Assembly (NCBI GenBank): GCA_043765595.1
Contig: JAYUIZ010000118.1
Span: forward strand, 1-40,339
Source: Lysobacter sp.
GTDB lineage: Bacteria > Pseudomonadota > Gammaproteobacteria > Xanthomonadales > Xanthomonadaceae
Direction: 5' to 3'
DNA: 40,339 nucleotides
A program made the translations under genes and the position numbers. Shown one piece after another: positions 27,902 to 38,187 of the stretch. Below the pieces are notes generated by a model. That model was not told the DNA's origin. It saw nothing but the letters and a program-made list of their open reading frames with translations, and made no database searches. Positions within the stretch are counted from its first letter, which is position 1; each line of letters starts with the position of its first letter.

Positions 27902-29073
27902 TGCGCCGACGCGAAGCCCAGATCGGCCGCGCGTGCGGAAAGTTCCTGCACCCGCGCCGCCGGCACCGGGCCGATGCGCAGGCGCCACACCGGCTGACCG
28001 TTCACCGTGGCCTCGTCGATCCGCAGCGCGTCGACGCCGCCAGCATGCAGCGTGTCGCGGGCGCGCTCGGCGTTGTCGCGGGCCGTGAACGAGGCCAGCT
28101 GCAGCAGCACGTCGCCTGTCTTGTCGATCATGCCGGCGCGCGCCACTTGGGTGGACGACGGCGATTCGGCGGGCAGCACGGCCGTGGCCGGCGGGGTGAC
28201 CGGCGCGATGTCGATCACCTGCTTGCCGGCATCGGGTTTATCGACGCCTGGCTTGCCGGCGAAGCGGATGCCCTGCGCCTGCATCCAGCGCTCGAATTCA
28301 TCTGCCGACACCGAGTTGTCCGCCACCGTCGCCACGGCCGGCGCTTCGATACGCGCGGTGCGCTCATCGGGGCGTCCGCCACGGTTGTCGGCGGGGGTCA
28401 GCGCGCGGACTTCAACCTTGGCCGTGCCCTGCTTGGTAAACCCGAGTTTGGTCGCGGCCGCAAAGCTGAGGTCGATCACGCGGCCGGCGTGGAAAGGGCC
28501 GCGGTCGTTTACCCGCACCACCACCGACTTGCCGTTGGCGAGATTGGTGACCCGCACATAACTCGGCAGCGGCAGCGATTTATGCGCTGCGCTGAAGGCG
28601 TACATGTCGTACACCTCCTGGTTCGAGGTCAGGCGGCCGTGGAACTTTTTGCCGTAATACGACGCCAGGCCTTCCTCGACGTAACCTTCGGCGGCGTCGA
28701 GCACGCGATACGGCTTGCCGAGCACGGCGTAGTTCCGATTGCCCACGCGCGAACGCGGCTCGTCCTTCACTTCGGGTTCGGGGATGGCGTCGACGTCGAC
28801 GATCTCGTCCGGCACGCTGTCCTGGATGTGCGGCGCGTACAGGCCGCCGGCGACGTAATCGCCGCGCTTGCTGGGATCTTCCACCGCCGGCGCGTAGGGC
28901 GACCGCTTCGGCCCGTGCCCGTGCCCGTGATCGCGGCGGGCGTGATCGCCGTGGTTGGCCGGTGCGGGCGTGCGCTCGGCCTGCGGCGGCGCGGATTTCT
29001 TCGGCGCGGTGCCGCAGGCGGTGAGAGCCGACAGGGCGATGGCCAGCGCGACGAGGCGCGGCGCGGAACTCAC
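27886..29073 (-). CDS. rlpA: Septal ring lytic transglycosylase RlpA (lipoprotein, SPOR domain)
   Basis: Lipobox LTAC; [27 protein letters not shown]; C-terminal SPOR; GTGA overlap with the mltB stop. Confidence 0.92.
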   Translation of the reverse strand: MSSAPRLVALAIALSALTACGTAPKKSAPPQAERTPAPANHGDHARRDHGHGHGPKRSPYAPAVEDPSKRGDYVAGGLYAPHIQDSVPDEIVDVDAIPEPEVKDEPRSRVGNRNYAVLGKPYRVLDAAEGYVEEGLASYYGKKFHGRLTSNQEVYDMYAFSAAHKSLPLPSYVRVTNLANGKSVVVRVNDRGPFHAGRVIDLSFAAATKLGFTKQGTAKVEVRALTPADNRGGRPDERTARIEAPAVATVADNSVSADEFERWMQAQGIRFAGKPGVDKPDAGKQVIDIAPVTPPATAVLPAESPSSTQVARAGMIDKTGDVLLQLASFTARDNAERARDTLHAGGVDALRIDEATVNGQPVWRLRIGPVPAARVQELSARAADLGFASAQIVRE

Positions 29074-30212
29074 GGCCGCGCTCCGGCGCGAATCTCCTGC
29101 GCCAGCTGATGCACCGCCAGCGCGTACATCGGCGAGCGGTTGTAGCGGGTGATGACGTAGTAATTGCGATAGCCCAGCCAATGCTCGCGACCGGCGGCGC
29201 CGTCCAGATTCACCACGGTGGCGCCTTCACTGGCGGTATCGCCCGGGGCAGGCTCGCCGGCCAGCGGCCGGTAGCCGCGCGCGGCCAGCGCCGTCAGCGG
29301 ATGCACCGGCTCAAGGTTTTCGGGCACGAATTCGGCCTGCTTCGCATCGAACTGCGCGCGCGCCACCACCGGGCCGCCGGCCTGCCAGCCGTGGATCACA
29401 AAATAATTGGCGATCGACGCGAACACGTCGGGCTTGTGGGTGAGCAGGTCGCGGCGGCCGTCGCGGTCGCCGTCCTTCGCCCACAGCCGGTAGCTGGACG
29501 GCATGAACTGGCCCATGCCCATCGCACCGGCATAGCTGCCCTTGAGCGCCGGCAGATCCAGCTGCGGCTCCTGCGCGGTCAGCGCGAACAGCTGCGCCAG
29601 TTCCCCGGCGAAGAACGGCGCGCGCTTGGGATGATCGAACGCCAGCGTGTACAGCGCGTCCAGCACCCGGTAGCTGCCGGTGTTGCGGCCGTACGATGTC
29701 TCGACGCCGATGATCGCGACGATATATTCGGCCGGCACCCCGGTCTGCGCCGAGACCAGGTCCAGCGCTTCGCGGTTCTCGGCGTAGAACGCCCGGCCGC
29801 CGTCGATGCGCGCGGGGGTGAGGAAAATATTGCGGTAGTCGCGCCAGGGTTTCACCGCCTCGGCCGGGCGGGTGATGGCGTCGATGATGCCCTGCTTGTA
29901 GACGGCCTGCGCCAGCGTGTCGCGGATGCGCTGCGGTTCGACGCCGTAGGTCGTCGCGGTGTAATCGACGAAGGCGGCGATGCGCTGTTCGCGGGGAATC
30001 GCCGGGTCGGTGACCGCCGGCGGCGCTACCGGGCGTTCCGGCGGCTGCGGGACTTTCGGCAGCAACATCTCGGCAGGTGCGGTCGGTGCTGCCGTGGGCT
30101 CCGGGGCGGCAACGAGGGCCGCGGGCTTTGGAGGCGGGGACTGGGTGGCGCAGGCCGCGAGCGCAAGGCTCAGAATGGCGACGGAGGCGCGGGGGAAGGC
30201 ACTATGAATCAA
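29070..30212 (-). CDS. mltB: Lytic murein transglycosylase B
   Basis: Lipobox LAAC; [32 protein letters not shown]; start uncertain (TTG 30212). Confidence 0.9.
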   Translation of the reverse strand: MIHSAFPRASVAILSLALAACATQSPPPKPAALVAAPEPTAAPTAPAEMLLPKVPQPPERPVAPPAVTDPAIPREQRIAAFVDYTATTYGVEPQRIRDTLAQAVYKQGIIDAITRPAEAVKPWRDYRNIFLTPARIDGGRAFYAENREALDLVSAQTGVPAEYIVAIIGVETSYGRNTGSYRVLDALYTLAFDHPKRAPFFAGELAQLFALTAQEPQLDLPALKGSYAGAMGMGQFMPSSYRLWAKDGDRDGRRDLLTHKPDVFASIANYFVIHGWQAGGPVVARAQFDAKQAEFVPENLEPVHPLTALAARGYRPLAGEPAPGDTASEGATVVNLDGAAGREHWLGYRNYYVITRYNRSPMYALAVHQLAQEIRAGARP

Positions 30213-30327
30213 GGGCTTACGCCTCGTTTTATCGATCAACGGCGAAGGGTAACACGCGTCCGCAGAGGGACGGGGGGTCACGAAGGCCCGGAACGGCACC
30301 GCGATTCAGCCGACGACGGCCTGCAAT

Positions 30328-30558
30328 TCAACGCATCAGCCACTGAACGATAGCGCTCAATGCGGGCGCGAATGCAGCCGTCGGGTCGCCCAGCAGGAAG
30401 ATCAGCGTCATAGAGACGCAGATCGCTAGCCCCAGGCATAGGCGCCGGCGTTCGAGCAAGCGGACGGCTTCCAGACGAAGCGCATCCTGTTTGAAAGGAC
30501 CAAAGGGGTTGTTGGAATGGATCATGGCTATCTCACATAAGTTGTTGAGGTGGGTCAT
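30328..30558 (-). CDS. Small hypothetical protein with a C-terminal hydrophobic segment
   Basis: 76-aa ORF in a lower-GC intergenic stretch; no strong RBS. Confidence 0.35.
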   Translation of the reverse strand: MTHLNNLCEIAMIHSNNPFGPFKQDALRLEAVRLLERRRLCLGLAICVSMTLIFLLGDPTAAFAPALSAIVQWLMR

Positions 30559-30900
30559 GGAGGGTTGCGATCACGTGTTTCACACAAGGCCAAGATGCCG
30601 GGTACTGCCGGTCCCAGCCTCTTGCGGGATTTCCGATGGAACACGGATACAACAAGAGGCCGGAATCACGGCCTGACGAGACGTCATGCGATTGATTGCC
30701 GAAAGATACGGGCAGAAGTTAGGGTGGCCCGAGGCGATTGCCGGGTAAAGCGCGACAAGGTGTCTTACGCGCCTAGACACTCTCATGAAGGCTGATGCCT
30801 AAAGAAAGGTACGGAAGGAGTTTTGGTTCTTCTTGTCGTATGTGTACCGATTCAATTTACAGACCCTCTTGGGGCCCCCGCTTGGCCGCCAGCGAAGGTC

Positions 30901-30933
30901 AAGCAGGTCCCTCGCTGGCGCTCGGGATGACAG
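30901..30933. repeat. REP-like half element
   Basis: AAGCAGGTCCCTCGCTGGCGCTCGGGATGACAG, similar to 20342-20384. Confidence 0.55.
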
Positions 30934-31030
30934 AATTCGAGCCCGCTCCACCATCCCATGGCTTCCGGCGTTGCTTTTCCGACCCCGACCCCGGACGCTA
31001 GCCCGTCCGATCTCCCGACCCTGGTCGCAC

Positions 31031-32242
31031 ATGCCCCACACCATCACCACCACCGAAATCTTCCTGATCGCGATGGCCATCATCTTCGCGGTGCCGTATC
31101 TGATCTGGCGGCTGGGGCGCACCGAATATTTCGCGCCGCTGGTGGTGGTGCAGATCATCACCGGCATTCTGCTGGGGCCGGGCGTGCTGGGCGCGGCGTT
31201 TCCCGACTACTACGGTTTCGTGTTCAACAAGGACGTGGTGAACGCGCTCAACGGGGTCGCCTGGTGGGCGGTGATGCTGTTCGTGTGCATCGCCGGGATC
31301 GAGCTGGACCTGCGCAAGGCCTGGGAACACCGTCGCGAAAGCACCATCACCGCCGGGCTGGCGCTGGGCATGCCGCTGCTGTTCGGCTCAGTGGTGGCGG
31401 TAGGCATGCTGGGCTTCGACGGCTGGATCGGGCCCAAGGGCCTGACCTGGCAGTTCGTGGTCGGCGTGGGCATGGCCTGCGCGGTGACTGCGCTGCCGAT
31501 CCTGATCCTGCTGATGGAGAAACTGCAGATCCTGCGCCAGCCCATCGGCCAGCGGATCCTGCGCTACGCCAGCATCGACGACATCGCGATCTGGGGCGTG
31601 CTGGCGCTGGTGCTGATGGACTGGGTGCGGATCGGCCGGCAGGCGGGCTTCCTGATCGCGTTCGCGGTGGCCTGCGTGCTGTTCCGCAAACTGATGCGCC
31701 GGCTGCAGGAGCGCGACCGCTGGTACGTCATGCTGATCTGGCTGTCCGTCTGCGCGTTCGGCGCCGACTGGGCGGGCCTGCATTTCATGGTCGGCGCGTT
31801 CCTGGCCGGGGTGGTGATCGACACCGACTGGTTCGAGCAGGAACACATGGACCAGCTGCGCCATCACGTGCTGCTGGTGATGATGCCGGTGTTCTTCCTC
31901 AGCACCGGCCTGAAAACCGGGTGGAGCGTGGGCGGCGCAACCGTGTTCATCGCCGCGGGCGCGCTGCTGGTGGCGCAACTGGCCGGCAAACTTGCCGGCG
32001 TGCATCTGGCCGGGCGCATCCTGAAGTGGCAGCCGGGCGAAGCGTCGATCATCGGCTGGCTGCTGCAGACCAAGGCGCTGATCATGATCATTTTCGCCAA
32101 TGTGCTGCTGGACAAGGGCATCATCACCAGCGCCACCTTCACCGCGCTGCTGCTGATGGCGATCGCCAGCACCATGCTGACGGTGCCGATGGTGGCGCCC
32201 AAGCTCAAGCGCATGCAGGCGCTGCTGTCGCGCAGCTCCTGA
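31031..32242 (+). CDS. Cation:proton antiporter (CPA2 family)
   Basis: GILLGPGVLG, AGIELD, AVTALPIL, ASIDDI, GAFLAG, PVFFLSTGL; about 12 TM segments. Confidence 0.88.
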   Translation: MPHTITTTEIFLIAMAIIFAVPYLIWRLGRTEYFAPLVVVQIITGILLGPGVLGAAFPDYYGFVFNKDVVNALNGVAWWAVMLFVCIAGIELDLRKAWEHRRESTITAGLALGMPLLFGSVVAVGMLGFDGWIGPKGLTWQFVVGVGMACAVTALPILILLMEKLQILRQPIGQRILRYASIDDIAIWGVLALVLMDWVRIGRQAGFLIAFAVACVLFRKLMRRLQERDRWYVMLIWLSVCAFGADWAGLHFMVGAFLAGVVIDTDWFEQEHMDQLRHHVLLVMMPVFFLSTGLKTGWSVGGATVFIAAGALLVAQLAGKLAGVHLAGRILKWQPGEASIIGWLLQTKALIMIIFANVLLDKGIITSATFTALLLMAIASTMLTVPMVAPKLKRMQALLSRSS

Positions 32243-32264
32243 ACATCCATATTCCGATTCCGAT

Positions 32265-32412
32265 TCAAATGGCACTTACATAAGCGCAGCATCCAGATTT
32301 TCGTCATTCCCGCGCAGGCGGAAATCCAGTGACTTCAGGCCTTTTCGACCAAGCAAAGGCGCTGGATCCCCTACTCCGCGGGGATGACGGGGCTTAAGTC
32401 AGTGCCATTCGA
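32265..32412. mobile_element. MITE-like element with ~21-bp terminal inverted repeats enclosing a GTCATTCCCGCG-type REP
   Basis: Left TCAAATGGCACTTACATAAGC vs reverse complement of right TCGAATGGCACTGACTTAAGC (18/21); internal CGTCATTCCCGCG...CGCGGGGATGACG. Confidence 0.55.
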
Positions 32413-32477
32413 TACAGATTCCGATACAAATCGGGATCCGGATCCCGTACCCGTCCCGCCATTCCCGAGGAACGCGC

Positions 32478-33530
32478 ATGACCTTCTCTCTCCGTCTCCC
32501 GCTGGTGTCTGCACTGATCTTCACGATGATAATGGCGATGACGATCGTGCCCGCTACCGCCGATGCCGCCGAACGGGTGCGCTGGCCCATCGCGTGGAAA
32601 GCCGGCGATGTCGCGCGCTACGACAGCGAATCGCTGGTCCGCGAGACCGCGGACGGCGCAACCAGCGTGCGTCGCGTCACCGACCGCACCGCGATCCGCA
32701 CCGTCGAAGCCGACGGCAGCGGCTATGCGCTTGCCTGGACCACGCAGGACAGCCGGGTGGAAGCGGTGGAGGGCGACCGCGGCATGATCGACATGCTCGC
32801 GCCGATGCTGGACGAACTGGACGGCGTCGAGGTGGTGGTGGAACTGGACCGCAACGGCCATTACCGCCGCGTACGCAACCTCGATGCGGTGGTGACCAAG
32901 GTCCGCGCAGCGATGCTGCCGGTCTTTGCCGCCAACCTGCAGAAGATGTTCGATGACGCCGACCCGAAACTGGCGAAGGCCGATCACGACGCGCGGCTAA
33001 CGCTGGCCAAGAACAATCTGCAAGCGTCGATCGACAGCATCGTCACCACGGGCAGCGTCGAGGCGATGTCCAGCGCGCAGGCGAAGGCGATCACCGCGTT
33101 CGTCGGCAAGCCGCTCACGGTCGGCAAGCGCTATCGCGACGACGCGCCGATGGAATCGCCGCGGGAAGGCCTGCCACTGCAGGCCAGCCGCGAATACGTG
33201 CTGAGCCTGGTCGACGGCGATCCGGCGCTGGCGCGCATCCGCTGGACCCGCACCCTGGATCCGCGCGGCGACGCGAAGATGCTGTGGATGCTGGTGAACG
33301 AACTCGTCGGCGAAGACGCACCTGCAGCGCGCGAAAAACGTCCCACCGGCCTGGAACTGAGCGAGGAAGGCATGGTGGTGTTCAATCGCGAGACCGGCGC
33401 GGTCGAGATGCTGGAAACGATCGAGATCAGCCGCTACGCGAAGGCGCACGACGAGCACGAACGCTACCGGATGCGCCGCATCGGCAGCGCGCGCACCTGG
33501 GTGCAGGAAGACGCCGCAGCGAAGCGCTGA
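32478..33530 (+). CDS. Secreted hypothetical protein
   Basis: Signal peptide ending ADA; GAGGAA RBS; host-like codon usage. Confidence 0.75.
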   Translation: MTFSLRLPLVSALIFTMIMAMTIVPATADAAERVRWPIAWKAGDVARYDSESLVRETADGATSVRRVTDRTAIRTVEADGSGYALAWTTQDSRVEAVEGDRGMIDMLAPMLDELDGVEVVVELDRNGHYRRVRNLDAVVTKVRAAMLPVFAANLQKMFDDADPKLAKADHDARLTLAKNNLQASIDSIVTTGSVEAMSSAQAKAITAFVGKPLTVGKRYRDDAPMESPREGLPLQASREYVLSLVDGDPALARIRWTRTLDPRGDAKMLWMLVNELVGEDAPAAREKRPTGLELSEEGMVVFNRETGAVEMLETIEISRYAKAHDEHERYRMRRIGSARTWVQEDAAAKR

Positions 33531-33589
33531 GCCGATCGATCCATGCCGGCATCGGCATGCTGCTCAGCGCCGCTCTTCATTACTGCTGT

Positions 33590-34273
33590 TCAACGGCGAT
33601 AACGCAGCAACCGCCCGCGATACGGCGCGCGTTCGCCCTCGTCGAAGGCGCAGCGGCTCGCGTCGACGCTGTAGTCCTGATCGTGCAGCGCGCGGCTCAG
33701 CAGATTGCCGAAGCCGCGCCCCGGGTCGGTGATCATGATTTCCGCACCTGCGCGCGCATGGCGATGCAGTAATGCGGCCAACTGCCCCACATGCTGGCGT
33801 TCGTACAGCACATCACTGCCGATGATCAGATCGAAACGGCCCAGCGGCGCATCGTCGATGAGCCACGGCAGGTCACGATAGGCGACGACCGGCAGGCCGT
33901 TGCGCGCGGCGTTATCGCGCAGGAAATGTTCGACCAGCGGGTGATGATCGCTGGCGGTGATGTTCGCGCACCGCCGCTGCAGCACCAGACTCGCCAGCCC
34001 CAGGCCGCAGCCGACTTCGAGGATGCGTTTGCCGGCGATGTCGAACACTGCCATCGCTCCGGCCAGCACCCGACCGGCCGGCCACAGCTGCCCGAACAGG
34101 CTCCACTGCGCCGAACCGATGCCGACCCGTTCGGCCAGACCGTCCGGATCGGCGTATTGCTGGCGGTCGGCCAGCGCGCGGATGCGGTAGTCGTGGCCGC
34201 CGAGCTTGAGATCGATGATCCGGGTGCGGTATCCCGCACCGATGCCGTCATCGGGGATGCTGTCGCCGGGCAT
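33590..34273 (-). CDS. Class I SAM-dependent methyltransferase (METTL21/Methyltransf_16-like)
   Basis: LFGQLWPAG, ILEVGCGLGL, DLIIGSDVLY; start ATG 34273 (the ORF-track extension is spurious). Confidence 0.82.
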   Translation of the reverse strand: MPGDSIPDDGIGAGYRTRIIDLKLGGHDYRIRALADRQQYADPDGLAERVGIGSAQWSLFGQLWPAGRVLAGAMAVFDIAGKRILEVGCGLGLASLVLQRRCANITASDHHPLVEHFLRDNAARNGLPVVAYRDLPWLIDDAPLGRFDLIIGSDVLYERQHVGQLAALLHRHARAGAEIMITDPGRGFGNLLSRALHDQDYSVDASRCAFDEGERAPYRGRLLRYRR

Positions 34274-34447
34274 GCGCGCTCCATCGGCCGATCCACGCGG
34301 TGGCGGCGACCCTGGGAAATGAGGAGCGGAACGGGCGACGGTGGAAACCGGCCGGGCGTGACGCGGACATGCCCGAAACGTACGCCGGACCCGATCATCG
34401 TACGGCGTTACAAAGGCTTCAGGGGTCGGGCACGTAGAATGCCGCCC

Positions 34448-35254
34448 ATGCGTTGCCTGCCCACCCTGCTCTGCCTGCTGCTGTGCCTGCCGATCTGCGT
34501 GCAGGCGCGCACCGTCTACCGCTGCGTGCGCGACGGCACCGTCAGCCTGTCCACCGCGCCAGAACCCGGCTCGAAGTGCGAGCCGAAGCAGATCGACGAC
34601 AACGCCGTACAGACCCCGAACCTCTGGGGCGAGATGGGCGTCTTCAGCGGCACCCTTTACCAACGCGAGCAGGACGGCAAACCGGTGTACGGCACCCGCA
34701 ACCTGCCCGGGTCGCAGGTGTATCTGCGCTTCACCGTGGCAACGCCGCCCGGCGAACCCGCGCACGAAGGCCTGGGCAAGGTGGACACGCCCAAGCTCGA
34801 CCGCCATGCGCCGCTGTTCAAGGCCACCGCGAAGAAGACCGGCGTGGACGACGCCTGGCTGCGCGCCATCGCGCACGCTGAAAGCGGTTTCGACGAGAAG
34901 GCGCTGTCGCCCAAGGGCGCGCAGGGCGTGATGCAGCTCATGCCGGCGACCGCGGCGGAGTACGGAGTGAAGGACGCGTTCTCGCCAGCGGATTCGATCG
35001 ACGGCGGCGCCCGCTATTTCAAGATGCTGCTCAAGCGCTTCAAGAACGATCCCATCCTTGCCATCGCCGCCTACAACGCCGGCATGGGCGCGGTCGCGCG
35101 CTACAACGGCGTGCCGCCGTACCGGGAAACCCAGGCGTATCTGGAGAAGGTCCAACTGCTGTATCGCGCCTACAAAGCCGCGCTGTCGCCGCCGCCGCTG
35201 CGCCCGGCCGACGCGGTGCCCACGACCGATAAACTGCGTACCACCCTGCCATAG
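34448..35254 (+). CDS. SLT-domain lytic transglycosylase
   Basis: AES, SPKGAQGVMQLMP, AAYNAG, PPYRETQAY; signal peptide. Confidence 0.9.
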   Translation: MRCLPTLLCLLLCLPICVQARTVYRCVRDGTVSLSTAPEPGSKCEPKQIDDNAVQTPNLWGEMGVFSGTLYQREQDGKPVYGTRNLPGSQVYLRFTVATPPGEPAHEGLGKVDTPKLDRHAPLFKATAKKTGVDDAWLRAIAHAESGFDEKALSPKGAQGVMQLMPATAAEYGVKDAFSPADSIDGGARYFKMLLKRFKNDPILAIAAYNAGMGAVARYNGVPPYRETQAYLEKVQLLYRAYKAALSPPPLRPADAVPTTDKLRTTLP

Positions 35255-35311
35255 ACGATCCAAAGCCACTCCGCCCGGCTTATCGCCCGCATCGACACAA
35301 GACCAAAACCC

Positions 35312-36031
35312 ATGACCCGCACCCTGCACATGGTCGGCTTCGACGCCGACGATACCCTCTGGCGCAGCGAGGACTACTACCGCGACGCGCAGTCGGAATT
35401 CGAACGCATCGTCGGCACCTACGTTGATCTGGACGACGCCCACGACCGGCTGTACGCAGTCGAGAAGCGCAACATCGCCCTGTTCGGCTACGGCGCCAAA
35501 GGCATGACCCTGTCGATGATCGAAGCCGCGGTGGAGATCACCGGTTCGCGGATCAGTGCGCATGACGTGCATCGCATCGTCGAGCTGGGCAAGGCGGTTT
35601 TGCAGCATCCAGTCGAACTGCTGCCGGGCATCGGCGATGCGGTGGAAGCCATCGCCCGCGACCATCCGGTGGTGCTGATCACCAAGGGCGACCTGTTCCA
35701 TCAAGAATCCAAGGTGCGCCAATCCGGGCTGTCCGACCTGTTCCGGCGGATCGAGATCGTCAGCGAGAAGGACGCCGCCACCTACGCCCGGCTGCTGGAG
35801 GAGTTCGGCCTGGCGCCCTCGCAGTTCGCGATGATCGGCAACTCGCTGCGCTCGGACATTCTGCCTGTGCTGGAACTCGGCGGCTGCGGCGTGCACATGC
35901 CCTATCACGTGACCTGGGCGCACGAAGCCGAAGCCGTTATGCCGTCAGCGCTGGACGCATTGGACCGGCTGCGCAGCGTCGGCTCGCCCGCGGACCTACC
36001 GGCCGCGGTACAGTCGCTGGCGGCGGGCTGA
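35312..36031 (+). CDS. HAD-family hydrolase
   Basis: GFDADDTLW, LITKGD, MIGNSLRSDI. Confidence 0.9.
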   Translation: MTRTLHMVGFDADDTLWRSEDYYRDAQSEFERIVGTYVDLDDAHDRLYAVEKRNIALFGYGAKGMTLSMIEAAVEITGSRISAHDVHRIVELGKAVLQHPVELLPGIGDAVEAIARDHPVVLITKGDLFHQESKVRQSGLSDLFRRIEIVSEKDAATYARLLEEFGLAPSQFAMIGNSLRSDILPVLELGGCGVHMPYHVTWAHEAEAVMPSALDALDRLRSVGSPADLPAAVQSLAAG

Positions 36032-36039
36032 GCATCGAG

Positions 36040-36119
36040 TGAATCCTTTCCCCGCCACCCGGACCATTGAATCGATGTTTGAATCCTTTCCCCGCCACCC
36101 GGACCATTGAATCGATGTT
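36040..36119 (+). repeat. Perfect 40-bp tandem duplication
   Basis: TGAATCCTTTCCCCGCCACCCGGACCATTGAATCGATGTT x2. Confidence 0.95.
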
Positions 36120-36180
36120 CACCGGGCGCGCGGCATCGTCACATCCGACCGCACCTTCGCGGTCTTCCGGAGATCCCGCC

Positions 36181-36690
36181 ATGTCGTCCCTCGCCCGCTG
36201 GCTCGCCCCCGCTGCCCTCGCCGCCGCGCTCGGCGCCGGCGTCTTCCTGCCCGCCCCGGCACACGCCGGCGACGACCGACGTTCGGACGACATGCTCCGG
36301 GTAATCGTGGATGTCGCCGATATCGCGTTCCGCAGCGGCCAGCCTTACTACCGTCACGGCGGCTTTGGCTACAACGACCGCCTGATCGTCGAACGCGACC
36401 ATCGCGGCCGCCCGGTGTACTACCGCCATCTTCCGCACGACGACCGCTACCGCAACGATGATTACGGCAATGATGATTACGGCCGCGACGCTTACAGCCG
36501 CAACGGCTTCGTCCGCGACCCATACGGCCGCTACAGCCGCCAGCGCTGCGACAGCCGCGGACGCTGCCGGGTCGAGTATTACGACCCGCGCTACGACCGC
36601 AGCGGCCGCGATTACGGCTACGAAGACCGCGGCGATCGCGACGATGGCGATCGTTACTGGGACGGCCGCCGCTGGCGCGATCGCGACTGA
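36181..36690 (+). CDS. Secreted Arg/Asp/Tyr/Gly-rich hypothetical protein
   Basis: Signal peptide ending PAHA; GGAG RBS. Confidence 0.75.
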   Translation: MSSLARWLAPAALAAALGAGVFLPAPAHAGDDRRSDDMLRVIVDVADIAFRSGQPYYRHGGFGYNDRLIVERDHRGRPVYYRHLPHDDRYRNDDYGNDDYGRDAYSRNGFVRDPYGRYSRQRCDSRGRCRVEYYDPRYDRSGRDYGYEDRGDRDDGDRYWDGRRWRDRD

Positions 36691-36856
36691 ATCTCTGCCG
36701 GCCTTACGGTCTTCCGGCCTTCCCGTCTCCCCACGCGCCGCGGCTTGCCCGCGGCGCGCTGCGTTTGGACCGCCGGCCTGCGCAACGCGCGCTTCCAGAC
36801 GATCACGATTCGCCGCATCATGCGACCATCGCGTCTCAGTTCACAGGGCCACCACC

Positions 36857-37483
36857 ATGCGCAAACTCATCGCCACATCGCTGCTCGCGTTCGGCCTGGC
36901 CGCCGGCAGCGCGCAGGCCCAGGACTTCACCTTCGGCTGGAACCCGCGCAGCGGTGACGTGTGGGTGGACACTTGGCTGGGCGACATGAACCGCTACGGC
37001 GGCCGCTACCGCGACCCGTTCGTGGACGAACTCGTGCGCTACCACGGCGCGCCGCGCGATCTGGTGGTCGAATTGCTGACCCAGCGCCGCTGGGCGCCCG
37101 GTGACGTCTACTTCGCCTGCGCCCTCGCAAAACTCGCGGGCCGGCCATGCCGCTACGTGGTGGATTTGTGGGAGCGCGACCACGGCCAGGGCTGGGGCGC
37201 GATGGCCAAACGACTCGGGATCAAACCCGGCTCGGCCGAATTCCACCGTCTCAAACGCGGCATGGTGCCGACCTACGACCGCTGGGGTCGGCTGATCGAG
37301 ATCGACCGCGATCTGGAACGCGACTTCCCCGGCCGCGGCAAAGGGCCGAAACACGGCGGCGACCATCGCGACCATGGTCCGGAGCATGGCCGCAAAGGCG
37401 AAAACCACCCCGGCAACGGCGGCGGAAAAGACAAAGACAAAGACAAAGGCAAGGGCAAAGACAAGGGCAAAGACAAGGACTAA
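36857..37483 (+). CDS. Secreted hypothetical protein with a Lys/Gly/Asp-rich tail
   Basis: Signal ending AQA; GWGAMAKRLGIKPGSAEFHRLK; KDKGKG tail. Confidence 0.8.
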   Translation: MRKLIATSLLAFGLAAGSAQAQDFTFGWNPRSGDVWVDTWLGDMNRYGGRYRDPFVDELVRYHGAPRDLVVELLTQRRWAPGDVYFACALAKLAGRPCRYVVDLWERDHGQGWGAMAKRLGIKPGSAEFHRLKRGMVPTYDRWGRLIEIDRDLERDFPGRGKGPKHGGDHRDHGPEHGRKGENHPGNGGGKDKDKDKGKGKDKGKDKD

Positions 37484-37487
37484 AGCC

Positions 37488-37886
37488 ATGCCCGCGGCCG
37501 ATACGATCCATCGCGGCGGTTGCCACTGCGGCCACGTCCGCTTCGAAGTCGACGCGCCCGCGACGATCGATGCGCTCGACTGCAACTGCTCGATCTGCCG
37601 GATGACCGGCTTCCTGCATCTGATCGTCCCGGCCGCACGCTTCCGTCTGCTAGCCGGCGAGGACGCGCTGGTCGAATACCGCTTCAACACCGGCATGGCG
37701 CGGCATCTGTTCTGCGGTCACTGCGGCGTGAAGGCGTTCTACGTGCCGCGCAGTCATCCCGACGGCGTCAGCGTCAATGTGCGCTGCATTGATGCCAGCA
37801 CCATCGAAGACATCGCCATCTCGGCGTTCGACGATAATGACCGTGATGCCGCTACTGCGACGGTGGCGAATATTTCAAAAAACTGA
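37488..37886 (+). CDS. GFA (CENP-V-like) family protein
   Basis: GGCHCG, CNCSIC, FCGHCG. Confidence 0.9.
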   Translation: MPAADTIHRGGCHCGHVRFEVDAPATIDALDCNCSICRMTGFLHLIVPAARFRLLAGEDALVEYRFNTGMARHLFCGHCGVKAFYVPRSHPDGVSVNVRCIDASTIEDIAISAFDDNDRDAATATVANISKN

Positions 37887-38187
37887 GATTTTCGATTTTG
37901 CAGTTAGCTGTAGGTATGTTTTGACCAATCGCGAAAACACCACGCTGCTTCTTTCTCATGCCTTTCAAGTCTATTCATTGAGATTGGATGAATTTAAGCC
38001 CGCCACCTTGGCATGAAATCGCGATTAACGTTCAGCAGACGGATTCTGGCAGCGCCAGCTTTCAACTACCCGCATTATTTTTGCATCCAATTCAATGAAA
38101 TCGACAGGGCTTCTGGTCGCAGGATTGAAATCGTAAAACAAACCAAAATCAGCGTTTTGAACAAAACGCTTGCAGGAAATAACATGA

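Noticed and set aside
33590-35923. 777-aa minus-strand fusion ORF
   Set aside because: The upstream part is antisense to the SLT and HAD genes; only 33590-34273 has methyltransferase motifs
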